Assembly (NCBI GenBank): GCA_963668355.1
Contig: OY764265.1
Location: 2,528,001 to 2,592,000 of the forward strand
Origin: Bdellovibrionota bacterium
Lineage (GTDB): Bacteria; Bdellovibrionota_G; JALEGL01; DATDPG01
DNA: 64,000 nucleotides
Direction of reading: 5' to 3'
Shown here: positions 33,938 through 44,483 of the stretch, one piece after another
How positions within the stretch are numbered: position 1 is the stretch's first letter
Layout of the letters: each line of letters starts with the position of its first letter
Made by a program: the position numbers and the translations under genes
The notes under the pieces: model-generated
Databases searched by the model: none
Told to the model about the DNA's origin: nothing
The model's input: only the letters and a program-made list of their open reading frames with translations

Positions 33938-36900
33938 ATGGGGTTTTCGATGAAAAATGGATTTTCTAGTTTGGCAGTTCTCGCATCTTTGCTCATTTTT
34001 GGCTGTACGGGTGGGGATGGAATTTCAGTCGATCCAGATGCCACTCCGACACCTACACCCACACCCACGGCCACACCCGTTCCGCCTGGAGGTGGAGGTA
34101 CCGTGGTCATTGGTGAAACCCCGGGGCTATGTTCGGCGGGAGATGTGGCGCGTGTGGATCTTTTGGCGGACGGAACCGCTCGATTCCCACTCGTCTTGGA
34201 TGATGATCCGTGTACCCCAGCCAAAGACAATCGAAATGAAGAATATACGTTGATCATGTACAACACGACGAGCTCAGCTCGGTCGTTTCGAATCGATGCG
34301 CCCTTGAATTCTTCGCCGCCAGCGTCAATCACGGCTTTGACGGCTCTGGATGAAGAAGACTTCGAGATTCAGTCTCCTTCGTATCAACCGAGTTATTCGA
34401 CGGGGCCCATGGAAAGCAGCATGGCCGCGTATAATCTTCAGAGAAGCTATCCCGAATTGAAATACGAAATGTTCGGTCAGAACCAGGGTGGGGCGACCAT
34501 GGCTCTGGAAGTCGTAGAAGGGATGGAAGTTCCTTTTATCGTTCGAAACAGTCCAAGTGATGATGAGTCGTTTGAGACCACATCAGCGATTCTCGCCACG
34601 CAGGGAACACATATCAACGTTTACGTGGATCGAGACATTTGGCCCGAAGGGGGAGATTGCACGAATAGTAACCTGCCCGAAGATTGTTTGGACGAAACCG
34701 ATACGGACAAAATCGCGGCCGTATTCGACTACAATATCTGGCCTTTGGAGACCGAAATTTTGGGAAGTGAATCGGATGTAGATGGGGATACGCGCGTGGA
34801 TCTTCTCATTACCCCAATTTTAAATACTTACCTGGATACGCATTCCTACACGGATCCCCGAAATCTTTTGCCTTTTAGTGCTGTGTCAAATCCAGGGTCG
34901 AATGAACGGGAAGTGATTTTTGCGTTTGCTCCAGACTCGTTGGCGCACCATGAAATTCTTGGAAACGGAATCGATGCGGCAAGTTATATGAATAAGACGC
35001 TGTTGGGGTGGTTGGCTTTTCAATTTTCGAAAATCATCAGCTACAACCAACACGTATTTGTCGCCGGAGGTTCTCCCGAAGTCGATTGGATTGAGGACGG
35101 CATAGGTACGGTGATGGCGGACTTGGCTGGGTTCAATATTTGGCGGGGTGGAGCTTACTTGACCTTAGCGGCCCCTCATTTAGACGATATTCGACAGGCG
35201 GAAGATTTGGATTTGGCCGATCGGGAAGGGGCAGAGTATTTGTTCATGCTCTACTTGCTGCAGTCCCAAATGGATGACACGTACTCCAGTTCGGATTCGG
35301 ATGGATTTGATGATGATCTGGACATTTTGGGAACCTTGGTCCAGTCCGAGCTCAATGGAGTCGAGAATTTGGAAGCGGCGTTGGATGTGGACTTTGATGA
35401 AGAAACGGAAACCGAGTTCGCTTCCTTATTTAAGGATTGGGCCATCGCCATGGCCACCAGTGGTTCAGGTCGAACCGACCTCCAGCAATCGGGTCAAGAT
35501 GAGGTGAAGTATTATTACAATCTGAATCCCGAGATCTATGGAACCTCCATTTCAAATGCCAATGGATCCAGAAGAGTTGGCGCGGACGGGGACCTTGCGG
35601 TTGTCGCAGCGGCCGGAGATTTGGATGCGGACAGTGCTCAAAACTATGTAGGCATGGACTTAAATGCCTATAACGATGAAGACGAACTCATGTTTGAGAA
35701 CGGGGATGAACATGTCTGGGCACCCGGAAATCCTTTTTATGGCTATGTGGACCCCTATTCGAGCATGTATGTTCGTTTAGCCGGGCTCTTTTTGCCACAG
35801 CAAACGGTCGCCATTCGCGCAGACAATGGAGTCCTTCAGGGCTTCATCGTGCGGCGCTCCGACATCACGTATCCCCATGTGTATAGCGAAAGCACCTTCG
35901 GGACGATCAACCAATTTCCGGAAGACCTGGATGCTCCGGGGAATCACAACTTTTTCGGCGTGGATAAGAAAATCGACTACGAATCTTTGGTTTCGAGTGC
36001 GACCAATGACACCGATTTGGCTCAGGATTTTCTCTCCATTGTGGGAAGAATTGATATGCCGGAAGGCGTCTATATCTGTCCCGAGGATCGGACGGATTGT
36101 CGTACGGGACCCGTTCGAGACACCGACAAATACACGTTCACCATTCCAGATTTAGGTCGAACGGATGAAGGGGATTTGGCTCTGGTTGTGCGTCGACAAC
36201 ACGACAACGGATCGGATACCTCAGCCCTAAAACCGATGTTGGCCATTGTATCCTCGAAGGATGTTCCGTATCCGTACGCGGATCACCCCGCGCGAAATGA
36301 CTCTCCAGCGTCAGGAACGGCTGCGACCCGGCCTCAATACCGTTGGCTCACGACCTACCTACCTTGTGGAGATGATGATGCGGGTGCGTATAGCAACTCG
36401 CTCAACGATACGAATACGAATACAAAAGCTTGCTCAGCCACGCCTGCCGTACCTCCAGATGGTGGAAATGTCGTGAGTTCCCGAATCACGTTTTCGGGAG
36501 CCATGGAAAACACGGGAACCTGGTACACAGGCATTGGTGGGGGCATCGGCGATATCACGGACCCGGCCGATTGGGGCACATGGGATGGAGACATCACAGG
36601 GGCCGAGTGCGATTATGCGTCTTCTGTGGACAATGTATATGGAGGTTCGGTTCACGCCGTTACGGACGAAGAAACGTCACCTTCCAGTTTGGGGCAATAC
36701 GCCTGGGTTTTGGGGAAAGGCGCCACCTTCATGGATTATAGTTATGGTTTTACGTCAAATGACTTTCCCGTGGCCTTGTTTTCTCGGGAGTTCTTGATTC
36801 CTGTTTCGGGATATCCCTCGTTGGATCCCGAGGCCATGTATGATCCACGTTCCAACAATACGCTGTCTTTGAATTGTCAGACGGTCACGGACGATGAACC

Positions 36901-37576
36901 GGATCTGACGAACGATGCGCCGGATGATGTCTTGGTTCCTGACGAACTTCGTACGGGCCAAAGTCTGGTGGAGCAGGTGCTGATGGAAATGTCCCGCGGG
37001 CGATCCTCTCTTTGGGACAGTGGCGGGTCCACGTCAGTAGATGAAATGACGGGTCTCAACGAAAAATATCGAGACTTCGATGTTTTAGGTTTGGACGGAG
37101 ATAGCTGGGATTTTGACACGAAATGTAGCTTGTCCGATGTTGGAAACAACGTTCATGGCTTCACGGTTCGGGGAGGTGAACATAGCATGGTCATTGGTTT
37201 GACTGGAGGCATCACGTCATCAGGTACTTATAGCGATATCGGTTTAAGTGGATCCTATTGGGCGACGGAATTGGAGCCTCATATTGCGTTTGACTATGAA
37301 GCTTCGGGAGACCTTCCTCCGGATGTCCCCTCCAGCGACAATCAAAAGATCTACCGCAGAAACACCAGCAATGAAAACGCGTCTGCTGAAACGGTTATTC
37401 GTTTGCGTCAAGGCCGGAGTTACACGATCATTGTCGGAGGCATGGATCAAACGGTCGGCAACTATGAGTTGCGCTTGCGAAAAATCAATCGGGAAAATAC
37501 GAATCCCGTCAATATGGTGACCTTGGATGAAGGCAGTGTGGACTGTGAATTTGCTGGTCTTACCAAAGGGCCCTAA
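33938..37576 (+). CDS. Giant acidic lipoprotein with a degenerate M30-like metallopeptidase domain
   Basis: Lipobox IFGC and PT linker. DVDGDTRVDLLITPILN, SNEREVIF, LAFQFSKIISYNQH and WIEDG align with the M30-type scaffold, but HExxH is absent. Confidence 0.7.
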   Translation: MGFSMKNGFSSLAVLASLLIFGCTGGDGISVDPDATPTPTPTPTATPVPPGGGGTVVIGETPGLCSAGDVARVDLLADGTARFPLVLDDDPCTPAKDNRNEEYTLIMYNTTSSARSFRIDAPLNSSPPASITALTALDEEDFEIQSPSYQPSYSTGPMESSMAAYNLQRSYPELKYEMFGQNQGGATMALEVVEGMEVPFIVRNSPSDDESFETTSAILATQGTHINVYVDRDIWPEGGDCTNSNLPEDCLDETDTDKIAAVFDYNIWPLETEILGSESDVDGDTRVDLLITPILNTYLDTHSYTDPRNLLPFSAVSNPGSNEREVIFAFAPDSLAHHEILGNGIDAASYMNKTLLGWLAFQFSKIISYNQHVFVAGGSPEVDWIEDGIGTVMADLAGFNIWRGGAYLTLAAPHLDDIRQAEDLDLADREGAEYLFMLYLLQSQMDDTYSSSDSDGFDDDLDILGTLVQSELNGVENLEAALDVDFDEETETEFASLFKDWAIAMATSGSGRTDLQQSGQDEVKYYYNLNPEIYGTSISNANGSRRVGADGDLAVVAAAGDLDADSAQNYVGMDLNAYNDEDELMFENGDEHVWAPGNPFYGYVDPYSSMYVRLAGLFLPQQTVAIRADNGVLQGFIVRRSDITYPHVYSESTFGTINQFPEDLDAPGNHNFFGVDKKIDYESLVSSATNDTDLAQDFLSIVGRIDMPEGVYICPEDRTDCRTGPVRDTDKYTFTIPDLGRTDEGDLALVVRRQHDNGSDTSALKPMLAIVSSKDVPYPYADHPARNDSPASGTAATRPQYRWLTTYLPCGDDDAGAYSNSLNDTNTNTKACSATPAVPPDGGNVVSSRITFSGAMENTGTWYTGIGGGIGDITDPADWGTWDGDITGAECDYASSVDNVYGGSVHAVTDEETSPSSLGQYAWVLGKGATFMDYSYGFTSNDFPVALFSREFLIPVSGYPSLDPEAMYDPRSNNTLSLNCQTVTDDEPDLTNDAPDDVLVPDELRTGQSLVEQVLMEMSRGRSSLWDSGGSTSVDEMTGLNEKYRDFDVLGLDGDSWDFDTKCSLSDVGNNVHGFTVRGGEHSMVIGLTGGITSSGTYSDIGLSGSYWATELEPHIAFDYEASGDLPPDVPSSDNQKIYRRNTSNENASAETVIRLRQGRSYTIIVGGMDQTVGNYELRLRKINRENTNPVNMVTLDEGSVDCEFAGLTKGP

Positions 37577-37583
37577 CGCTTAG

Positions 37584-37988
37584 ATGCCGAGCTCTCTGGA
37601 CCATATCGGAATTGCGGTTTCAGACCTTGAAGCCGCAATGGAAGATTATGTTCAGAAACTGGGCTTTAAGCTGGAGGCCCGCGAATCTGTTCCAACCGAA
37701 CATGTGAATGTGGCCATGTTGAGGGCCGGTACTTCTCGCGTGGAACTCTTGGAACCGACAGATGACTCCTCGGCGATTTCCCGCTTTTTGCAATCTGGGA
37801 AGAAAGGCATTCACCATTTGGCCTTTGAGGTTGAAGACATCGAAAAAGAGCTGGCCATGTTTCGAGAAAAAGGGGTCACAATCATTGAACCTGCGCCGAG
37901 AGAAGGCGCAGGAGGCTGTAAGGTCGCGTTTATTCACCCGAAATCCACACAAGGGGTCCTTTTGGAGTTGGTAGAACGTCCGACGTGA
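37584..37988 (+). CDS. mce: Methylmalonyl-CoA epimerase (VOC family)
   Basis: LDHIGIAV, VELLEP, GIHHLAFEV, VAFIHPKSTQGVLLELVE. Confidence 0.92.
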   Translation: MPSSLDHIGIAVSDLEAAMEDYVQKLGFKLEARESVPTEHVNVAMLRAGTSRVELLEPTDDSSAISRFLQSGKKGIHHLAFEVEDIEKELAMFREKGVTIIEPAPREGAGGCKVAFIHPKSTQGVLLELVERPT

Positions 37989-38761
37989 ATCATTTGATGT
38001 ATAATAAATGGGTGAATAGAGCCGCCTTAAGTCTTTTGATGGCCCTGGGGCTGTCTTTCTTATTTTCTTGCTCGGAAGGTGGGGAAGGCTTCGATATGAA
38101 TTTTCGGGGTTATATGGGCCCGATTTCGTATATTGACGAGTTGGCTCCTGATCTTCCCACCCCCAACAATGTCACGATTTCCGTTCGCGGTCGGAACACG
38201 GATGAATTTCCGGTGACCTTTTTCAATGAAAGTGAAATTCCCGGAACGTATAAATTTGAAATTCAAGGGGTTCCAAAATTGGAAGATTTGGTGTTTCGCG
38301 TCGCGGGAAACGGTTTGGAAGATTCTTCGACATTTCCGGTTCTGGTGGATCCTGACCGATATTTGTATCTTACGGGTTTGCCTTCTGGATTGAGAGAGAC
38401 CGTGATGCAGCGGATCGTGGATACGGTTTTGGGGGAAGAAATTTCCTTTGGAACCCATAATGGGGCCATTCTGGGGGTGATCTCGCCGGAAGGTTCGGGG
38501 TGTCCAACCATTTCTCGTGTGGAACTCTTGGATCTTTCAGGAGAGGTCTATTCCAGTGCCAAAGGGCCTTATTATTTTGGTTCGAATGGAAGTGTTCGAA
38601 CGAACTCTTTTGGGGATGAAGAATGCAACTTCTGGTTTTTTGAGGTCACCCCAGGCGCATATGACATTCGCTACGTAAGCGGAACGGGCAATGATCCGCT
38701 GGCACGCGTCGTTGTTTTTGGGGATAGCGTGAGCGTTGGATATAAAATCCCAGCTAGCTAG
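37985..38761 (+). CDS. Hypothetical lipoprotein
   Basis: Lipobox LFSC; beta-rich sequence. Confidence 0.7.
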   Translation: MNHLMYNKWVNRAALSLLMALGLSFLFSCSEGGEGFDMNFRGYMGPISYIDELAPDLPTPNNVTISVRGRNTDEFPVTFFNESEIPGTYKFEIQGVPKLEDLVFRVAGNGLEDSSTFPVLVDPDRYLYLTGLPSGLRETVMQRIVDTVLGEEISFGTHNGAILGVISPEGSGCPTISRVELLDLSGEVYSSAKGPYYFGSNGSVRTNSFGDEECNFWFFEVTPGAYDIRYVSGTGNDPLARVVVFGDSVSVGYKIPAS

Positions 38762-38767
38762 AACGTT

Positions 38768-39622
38768 TTACGTCAACGCATATCCAATGATTTTATAACA
38801 AAGCTTTGCCGTCGCGAAATCGGCATACCGGTTGTTTGGATTGGGGCAGAGTTCATTTACGTCGGCTCCCACAATTTTTCGATTTTCGGTAATGGCCCTG
38901 ATGAGCCTTAAGGTTTCCTCCCATGTCAGGCCCCCAGGTTCAGGCGTTCCGACGCTGGGAATGATCGAAGGATCCAATCCATCCACATCTACCGTCAAGT
39001 AGACATGTTCGGTTTGAATATACGAAATGAGGTCCGCAATCCAATTGGGGTTTTCACGAATTTCATGGGCATAAAAGGTTTGAACGGATTCGGTTTTCCC
39101 AATTCGGAATTCTTCCTCATCCACGCTTCGAATGCCGGCCGAGATGATGGGAACGCGACCCACCAAACGTCTCATCACACAAGCATGGCTGTATGGATTG
39201 CCTTGGTATTGATCCTTGAGGTCAGCATGCGCATCAATTTGGATGACCGTGAGTGAATTCCCCCATTTCTCGAGAAAAGGGTCGATCAATCCCACGGTAA
39301 TCGTATGTTCTCCTCCCAAGGCCAAGACAAACCGTTCTTGTTTGAGAAGTTCCCGAACTTTTTGTCGAATTTGATCCAGGATGTCTTCCATGGCCTCGGA
39401 ATTCCAGGAAGGATGTCCCAGTTCCCAGTCGGTATAAATTCCGACGGAGGAGGGGTCTTGTCCCAATTCGGCATCAAAGAGTTCCACTTGCGTGGAAGCC
39501 TCCACAATGGCTCTGGGGCCGTTGGCCGTTCCTTTCATGTAGGAAGTGGTTTTTTCCAGGGGCAGAGGCAAAATCACAACTTTGGATTTGAGTTTTGGTG
39601 AATCTAAGTCTAGAAACTGCAT
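38768..39622 (-). CDS. speB: Agmatinase
   Basis: LGGEHTIT, QIDAHADL, DVDGLDPS...GTPEPGG ureohydrolase motifs; adjacent to speA. Confidence 0.95.
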   Translation of the reverse strand: MQFLDLDSPKLKSKVVILPLPLEKTTSYMKGTANGPRAIVEASTQVELFDAELGQDPSSVGIYTDWELGHPSWNSEAMEDILDQIRQKVRELLKQERFVLALGGEHTITVGLIDPFLEKWGNSLTVIQIDAHADLKDQYQGNPYSHACVMRRLVGRVPIISAGIRSVDEEEFRIGKTESVQTFYAHEIRENPNWIADLISYIQTEHVYLTVDVDGLDPSIIPSVGTPEPGGLTWEETLRLIRAITENRKIVGADVNELCPNPNNRYADFATAKLCYKIIGYALT

Positions 39623-39737
39623 GTAATCCTCCTCAATAAGAGGGTACTATAATTGATTTTTTGCCTTTCCCCTAGAGGGTTTGTTTTTGTATAGTGCCGA
39701 CCTCGTTCGGCAATGGTTAGGCAAAGGCGGTGCCAAA

Positions 39738-41630
39738 ATGGAAAAGTTTACGTTAGCAGATGCGGCCAATCTCTATGGAATTGATTCCTGGGGGGCGAGT
39801 TATTTTCAAATTAATGATGAAGGACGTTTGGAAGTCTGTCCGCGTAAGGATCAAGATTTACGCATCGATTTGCTTAAAGTTGTCGAAGAACTCAAGAAAA
39901 GTCGAATGCAGGCTCCGATCCTCTTGAGATTTCCTCAAGTGTTAGAGACGCAGGTCAATACGCTATGCAATGCATTTGAAAAGGCCCGGGAAGAATTTCA
40001 CTATGAACAGAAATATTTTCCCGTATTTCCCATCAAAGTGAATCAACAGTCGACCGTGGTTCAGAATTTGTTGAAGGCTGGGTACAAGCACAATTTGGGG
40101 TTGGAAGTGGGGAGTAAAGCCGAACTCATGGGAGCCCTGGCTTTTGATCTGCCGGAAGAGGCTCTGACCATTTGCAATGGGTTCAAAGATGAGGCCTATT
40201 TTGAAATGGCGTCTTTGGGTGCCAAGATGGGAAAGCGAATCATTACCGTCATTGAAAAGCCATTCGAATTGAAACAATTGGTGGATTTGAAGGAAAAAGG
40301 CCGGGACCTGCCCTGGGTCGGATTTCGTGTCAAATTGAGAGCAAAAGGGTCGGGCCTTTGGGAGAAATCCGGGGGAAGTACCAGCAAGTTTGGGCTCTCC
40401 ACCAGCCAACTTTTGGATGGGGTCGAAACCCTTCGAAAAAATGGGATGCTTGATCGATTGAAGATGTTTCATTTTCACATCGGATCTCAGATTACTGAAA
40501 TCCGACGAATGAAAGAAGCCATCAAAGAAGCGGCGCGAATTTATGCAAAGGTTCGCAAATTAGGCATCGCCGTGGAATTTGTGAATGTTGGTGGGGGCTT
40601 GGGCATTGACTACGACGGGAGCAAAACCTCCTCGGACGCTTCAGTGAACTACACGATTCAAGAATATGCCAATGACGTGGTTTATAACATCGCAGACGTG
40701 TGTGAAAACGAACATGTTCCTGAACCCAAAGTCGTGACGGAGAGCGGTCGGGCGATGGTTGCGTATCATTCGGCTTTAATTGTGGATGTTCGGGGACATA
40801 TTGAATGCACGGCCGATCGGAAGCCCACATTTTTGGAAAATGAACCTCGCGTGATTGAAGATTTGCTCTACATCCATCGAAACTTAACCGTGAAGAACTA
40901 TCGAGAATATTATCACGATGCGGTTGAGGCTCGGGATCAACTGTATTCGCTTTTTAGTCTCGGAATGTTGGATCTCGAAGAACGGGCAAAGGGTGAATGG
41001 CTCTACTGGGAGATAGCGCAAAAAGCCGTGAAGTACAGCAAATCAGCCAAATTTGTGGCGGATGAATTTGTGGATCTGGAACATCGATTGTTTGAGAAAT
41101 TCATTTGCAACTTTTCGGTCTTTCAATCCATTCCCGATCATTGGGCTTTGGATCAATTGTTTCCGGTGGTTCCCATCCATCGTTTGGAAGAAAAACCCAA
41201 TCGGCGGGCCACACTGGTCGACATTACCTGCGATTCCGATGGTGAAATGGATAAGTTTGTGGACTTGAAGGACATTAAGTATGCCTTGGAAGTCCATGAC
41301 CCAAAAGAGGGAGAGCCTTACTACTTAGCTTTTCTTTTGATTGGGGCCTACCAAGACACCATGGGTGATCTTCACAACCTCTTTGGGGGTGTCAATGAGG
41401 CCCAGGTCTTGGGCGAAGAGGGGGGAAAGTTTTTGATCCAAGACGCACGAAAAGGGGAAACCATTCGCCATGCCTTGGAATTGTTCGGATTTGAGGCAGC
41501 CAAACTCGTTCGAAATATTGAAACTCAGGTTCAAGGGAGAATATCCAAAGGGCTCCTGAAAGACGATCAAGCTGCTCAAATTGTAGAGGCTTACAAGGAA
41601 GCGTTTAATAGTTATCCATACTTATCCTGA
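39738..41630 (+). CDS. speA: Biosynthetic arginine decarboxylase
   Basis: PVFPIKVNQ (PLP Lys), GLEVGSKAEL, HFHIGSQI, GGGLGIDYDG, DITCDSDG, GDLHNLFG. Confidence 0.96.
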   Translation: MEKFTLADAANLYGIDSWGASYFQINDEGRLEVCPRKDQDLRIDLLKVVEELKKSRMQAPILLRFPQVLETQVNTLCNAFEKAREEFHYEQKYFPVFPIKVNQQSTVVQNLLKAGYKHNLGLEVGSKAELMGALAFDLPEEALTICNGFKDEAYFEMASLGAKMGKRIITVIEKPFELKQLVDLKEKGRDLPWVGFRVKLRAKGSGLWEKSGGSTSKFGLSTSQLLDGVETLRKNGMLDRLKMFHFHIGSQITEIRRMKEAIKEAARIYAKVRKLGIAVEFVNVGGGLGIDYDGSKTSSDASVNYTIQEYANDVVYNIADVCENEHVPEPKVVTESGRAMVAYHSALIVDVRGHIECTADRKPTFLENEPRVIEDLLYIHRNLTVKNYREYYHDAVEARDQLYSLFSLGMLDLEERAKGEWLYWEIAQKAVKYSKSAKFVADEFVDLEHRLFEKFICNFSVFQSIPDHWALDQLFPVVPIHRLEEKPNRRATLVDITCDSDGEMDKFVDLKDIKYALEVHDPKEGEPYYLAFLLIGAYQDTMGDLHNLFGGVNEAQVLGEEGGKFLIQDARKGETIRHALELFGFEAAKLVRNIETQVQGRISKGLLKDDQAAQIVEAYKEAFNSYPYLS

Positions 41631-41643
41631 GCCCAGGAAGTTT

Positions 41644-43047
41644 TTATAGCTGGTCGAACGGAACGATTTTTACGTCTTTGGCGTTCAATTTCTCTTTAAT
41701 GTCCGCTTGGAGGTCTTTAGCTGTACAGACCACCACAATATCCACATTTTTTGTGTTTAAGTGCTTCTGTGCGGCTTCCCGAGCCATTTTGGGGGTGACG
41801 GCTGATACACGTTCCAGATAGGTCTCAATATGGTCGTCCGGTAGGCCTACGTAGTGATTATGGATTTTGCTCATAACCACGCTTTTGGGGGTGTCAATTT
41901 TGAAAGGAAATGAGCCGGTCAAATACTGTTTGGCAAAATCAATATCTGAATCTTTGAGGAGGTCTCCGGTCAAAGCCTGGTCCAAAAGGTCTAGGCTTAG
42001 AGCCAAGGCCGGAATCGTATCTTTGGTCGCAGGAAACGTATACATAGAGAACGTTCCACCATCTCTTCGAATATCCAAGCCCGCAACCGCTCCGTATGAC
42101 CAACCCCGCTTGACGCGAATCTCTTGCATGTATTTGGCCTGAAAAAGACCGCCTCCAAACGCGGTAAGAAAGACGGTAAGCGCCGTGCGATCCGGGTTCG
42201 AAACCGAAATCGCAGGATGACCAATATAAAACTGGGTTTGGGTTCGATTGGGTTTGTCGACCAGGATGACATGTCTTCCCGGTTCAATTTTTGAGTCAAA
42301 TGGAATGACTTTTGGGGAAGAGTCTCCCTCTGGAATAATGTCATGGAGGGTTTTGGAGACATTCTTTAAAAACGTTTCATTGACTTCTCCGGCTGCCCCA
42401 AGAACCATTCCCCCTCGGTGGATATGAGCTCGATAAAAATCGAGTAAATCCTGGCGCGAAATCTTCTTCAAAGATTCTTCGTCACCAATCCCATCGTCTC
42501 CGTAAGGGTGCCCGTTATATACTTCTTTTTGAAAATGAAGTTTGGCCAAACGTTTGTCATCTTCAAATCGCAATTTTAGAGCCGCAAGGGTTTCTTTTTG
42601 AAGTTTCTGGATTTCGTCTTCTGGAAAGGTTGTGTTCTGGAGAATGTCTTTCAAAAGGTTGAAAAAAGGTTCGAAGTGTTGATTTAGTACCTCTCCACGA
42701 ATGGTAGAGGAGTGGTATCCAGAGTCCACCCGAAGAACAGCCCCGAGTCGATCCAATTCATCCTCAATTTCATGCCGATTTCGGGTTTTGGTTCCCCGAA
42801 GGAGCATGCTCGAAAAAAATTGGGTGAGGCCCTCCTTTCCTTTTGGATCGTTGTAGGCCCCAAAGGGAAAGCCGATCATAATAGACGTCAAAGGCGTGTC
42901 ATGGCTCTCCACCATGATGGTGGGAAGTCCTTCCACGGTCTTCCATTGTGGTAAGTCAATTTTTGTAGATGAATGTGTCACGCAATACCCCGATTCGAAA
43001 AAAAGTGCTGAAAAAAATAAAACGCTTAAAGCCAAAAAGCGTTTCAT
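41644..43047 (-). CDS. M16 peptidase, non-catalytic subunit
   Basis: DPKGKEGLTQF lacks HxxEH; EIRVKRGWSYG motif; signal peptide. Confidence 0.88.
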   Translation of the reverse strand: MKRFLALSVLFFSALFFESGYCVTHSSTKIDLPQWKTVEGLPTIMVESHDTPLTSIMIGFPFGAYNDPKGKEGLTQFFSSMLLRGTKTRNRHEIEDELDRLGAVLRVDSGYHSSTIRGEVLNQHFEPFFNLLKDILQNTTFPEDEIQKLQKETLAALKLRFEDDKRLAKLHFQKEVYNGHPYGDDGIGDEESLKKISRQDLLDFYRAHIHRGGMVLGAAGEVNETFLKNVSKTLHDIIPEGDSSPKVIPFDSKIEPGRHVILVDKPNRTQTQFYIGHPAISVSNPDRTALTVFLTAFGGGLFQAKYMQEIRVKRGWSYGAVAGLDIRRDGGTFSMYTFPATKDTIPALALSLDLLDQALTGDLLKDSDIDFAKQYLTGSFPFKIDTPKSVVMSKIHNHYVGLPDDHIETYLERVSAVTPKMAREAAQKHLNTKNVDIVVVCTAKDLQADIKEKLNAKDVKIVPFDQL

Positions 43048-44477
43048 GAGGGATTTCCTTTTTGAGGAACGCCCGTGACCACGGTGCGGTTATCCTTCGA
43101 GAAATAGATTCTGGCAACCCGACGAATGTCTGATGCTGTCACCTTTTTCAATTCGGGGATGGCTTCAAAGAGTTGTCGATAATCCCCTGACAGCGTTTCA
43201 TAGTATCCAAGGCTACGAGCTTTGGATCCGACCGTCGTAAAATGCCTCCAAAATGAACTTTCAATTCGGGTTTTTACCTTATCAAGCTCGTCTTCTGGGA
43301 CATCTTCTTGGATCAAGCGATCCAGTTCTTCGTAAAGAGCTTTTTCGGCTTTTTTTGCGCTTTCGTTGGGTCGCATGGAGATGTCCACGACATACAATCC
43401 GGGGCTCTTCAATTCATTGACCCAACCACTCGCTTGTGACGCGATCTGTTCGTTGGTAATTAACCGCCGATAAAGTCGAGAACTCATTCCGTCAAAAAGG
43501 ACCGAGCTGAGGACTTCCAGAGCAGGGAAGTCTTTGTGGTGGGCATTGGGAAGGTGATAGCCGACCAAAAGTTTTTCGGCCGGAATGGGTTTCTCCAGAA
43601 CCACTCTTTTCTCCGCTTTTTGAGGGGGCTCAACCGGCAGGTTTTCAGGTGGGATATCGGAGGCTGGAATTTTCCCGTAGGCGTCGTTGATTAGCTTCAA
43701 AGTTTCGATCGGTTGGATGTCCCCGACGACAACAATGGTTGCGTTATTTGGCGAGTAGTAGGTTTTGTAAAATTCCCGACATTCTTCAATTGTAATGGCT
43801 TTGATGTCTTCCATCCAACCAATCACCGGCCATCGATGTGGATGAACCGTATATGCTGTTTTGTAAAGTGTTTCGTACATGGACCCTTGAGGCGAGTTAT
43901 CCACTCGAAACCGTCTTTCGTTGATGACAACCTCTCGCTCCGAGTTTACCTGAGCCTCATTGATGATCATGTTTTGCATACGATCTGACTCAAGTTCGAC
44001 AACTTTGTCCAATGCGTTGGATGGAACATTGGCTCGATAAAACGTCCAATCAATCCAAGTCCCCGCATTGATCTGGCCTCCGACGCCTTCGAGAATGCGG
44101 TCGTATTCCCCTTCTTTATGGTTCTTTGTTTCTTTGAACATCAAATGCTCGAAAAAGTGGGAGATCCCAGTAATTCCTTTTCGTTCGTTTCGTGAGCCAA
44201 CATTGAACCACGTTTGATAAGCCAGAATGGGTACGGAGTGGTCTTCCATGAGGATGACTTTTAAGCCATTGGATAAGCGGTATTTGGTGACTTTTAAGTG
44301 TTTGCCGAAAAGTGTGTGATCAATCTCAAAAACCTTCGATTCAGGGGTAGAAATGTTTTCCAATGTTTTTGCCCTCCAACGGTTGCTGCTGCATCCGGAT
44401 ATCGCAACGACAAGACCTACAATGAGTGATAATCGAAACATAGACCCAGACTGTAGCAAGGGGGGCGAAAACCACAA
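43044..44477 (-). CDS. M16 zinc peptidase, catalytic subunit (lipoprotein)
   Basis: GISHFFEHLMF inverted zinc motif; EREVVINERR; lipobox ISGC. Confidence 0.93.
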   Translation of the reverse strand: MWFSPPLLQSGSMFRLSLIVGLVVAISGCSSNRWRAKTLENISTPESKVFEIDHTLFGKHLKVTKYRLSNGLKVILMEDHSVPILAYQTWFNVGSRNERKGITGISHFFEHLMFKETKNHKEGEYDRILEGVGGQINAGTWIDWTFYRANVPSNALDKVVELESDRMQNMIINEAQVNSEREVVINERRFRVDNSPQGSMYETLYKTAYTVHPHRWPVIGWMEDIKAITIEECREFYKTYYSPNNATIVVVGDIQPIETLKLINDAYGKIPASDIPPENLPVEPPQKAEKRVVLEKPIPAEKLLVGYHLPNAHHKDFPALEVLSSVLFDGMSSRLYRRLITNEQIASQASGWVNELKSPGLYVVDISMRPNESAKKAEKALYEELDRLIQEDVPEDELDKVKTRIESSFWRHFTTVGSKARSLGYYETLSGDYRQLFEAIPELKKVTASDIRRVARIYFSKDNRTVVTGVPQKGNPS

Positions 44478-44483
44478 GCCCCA

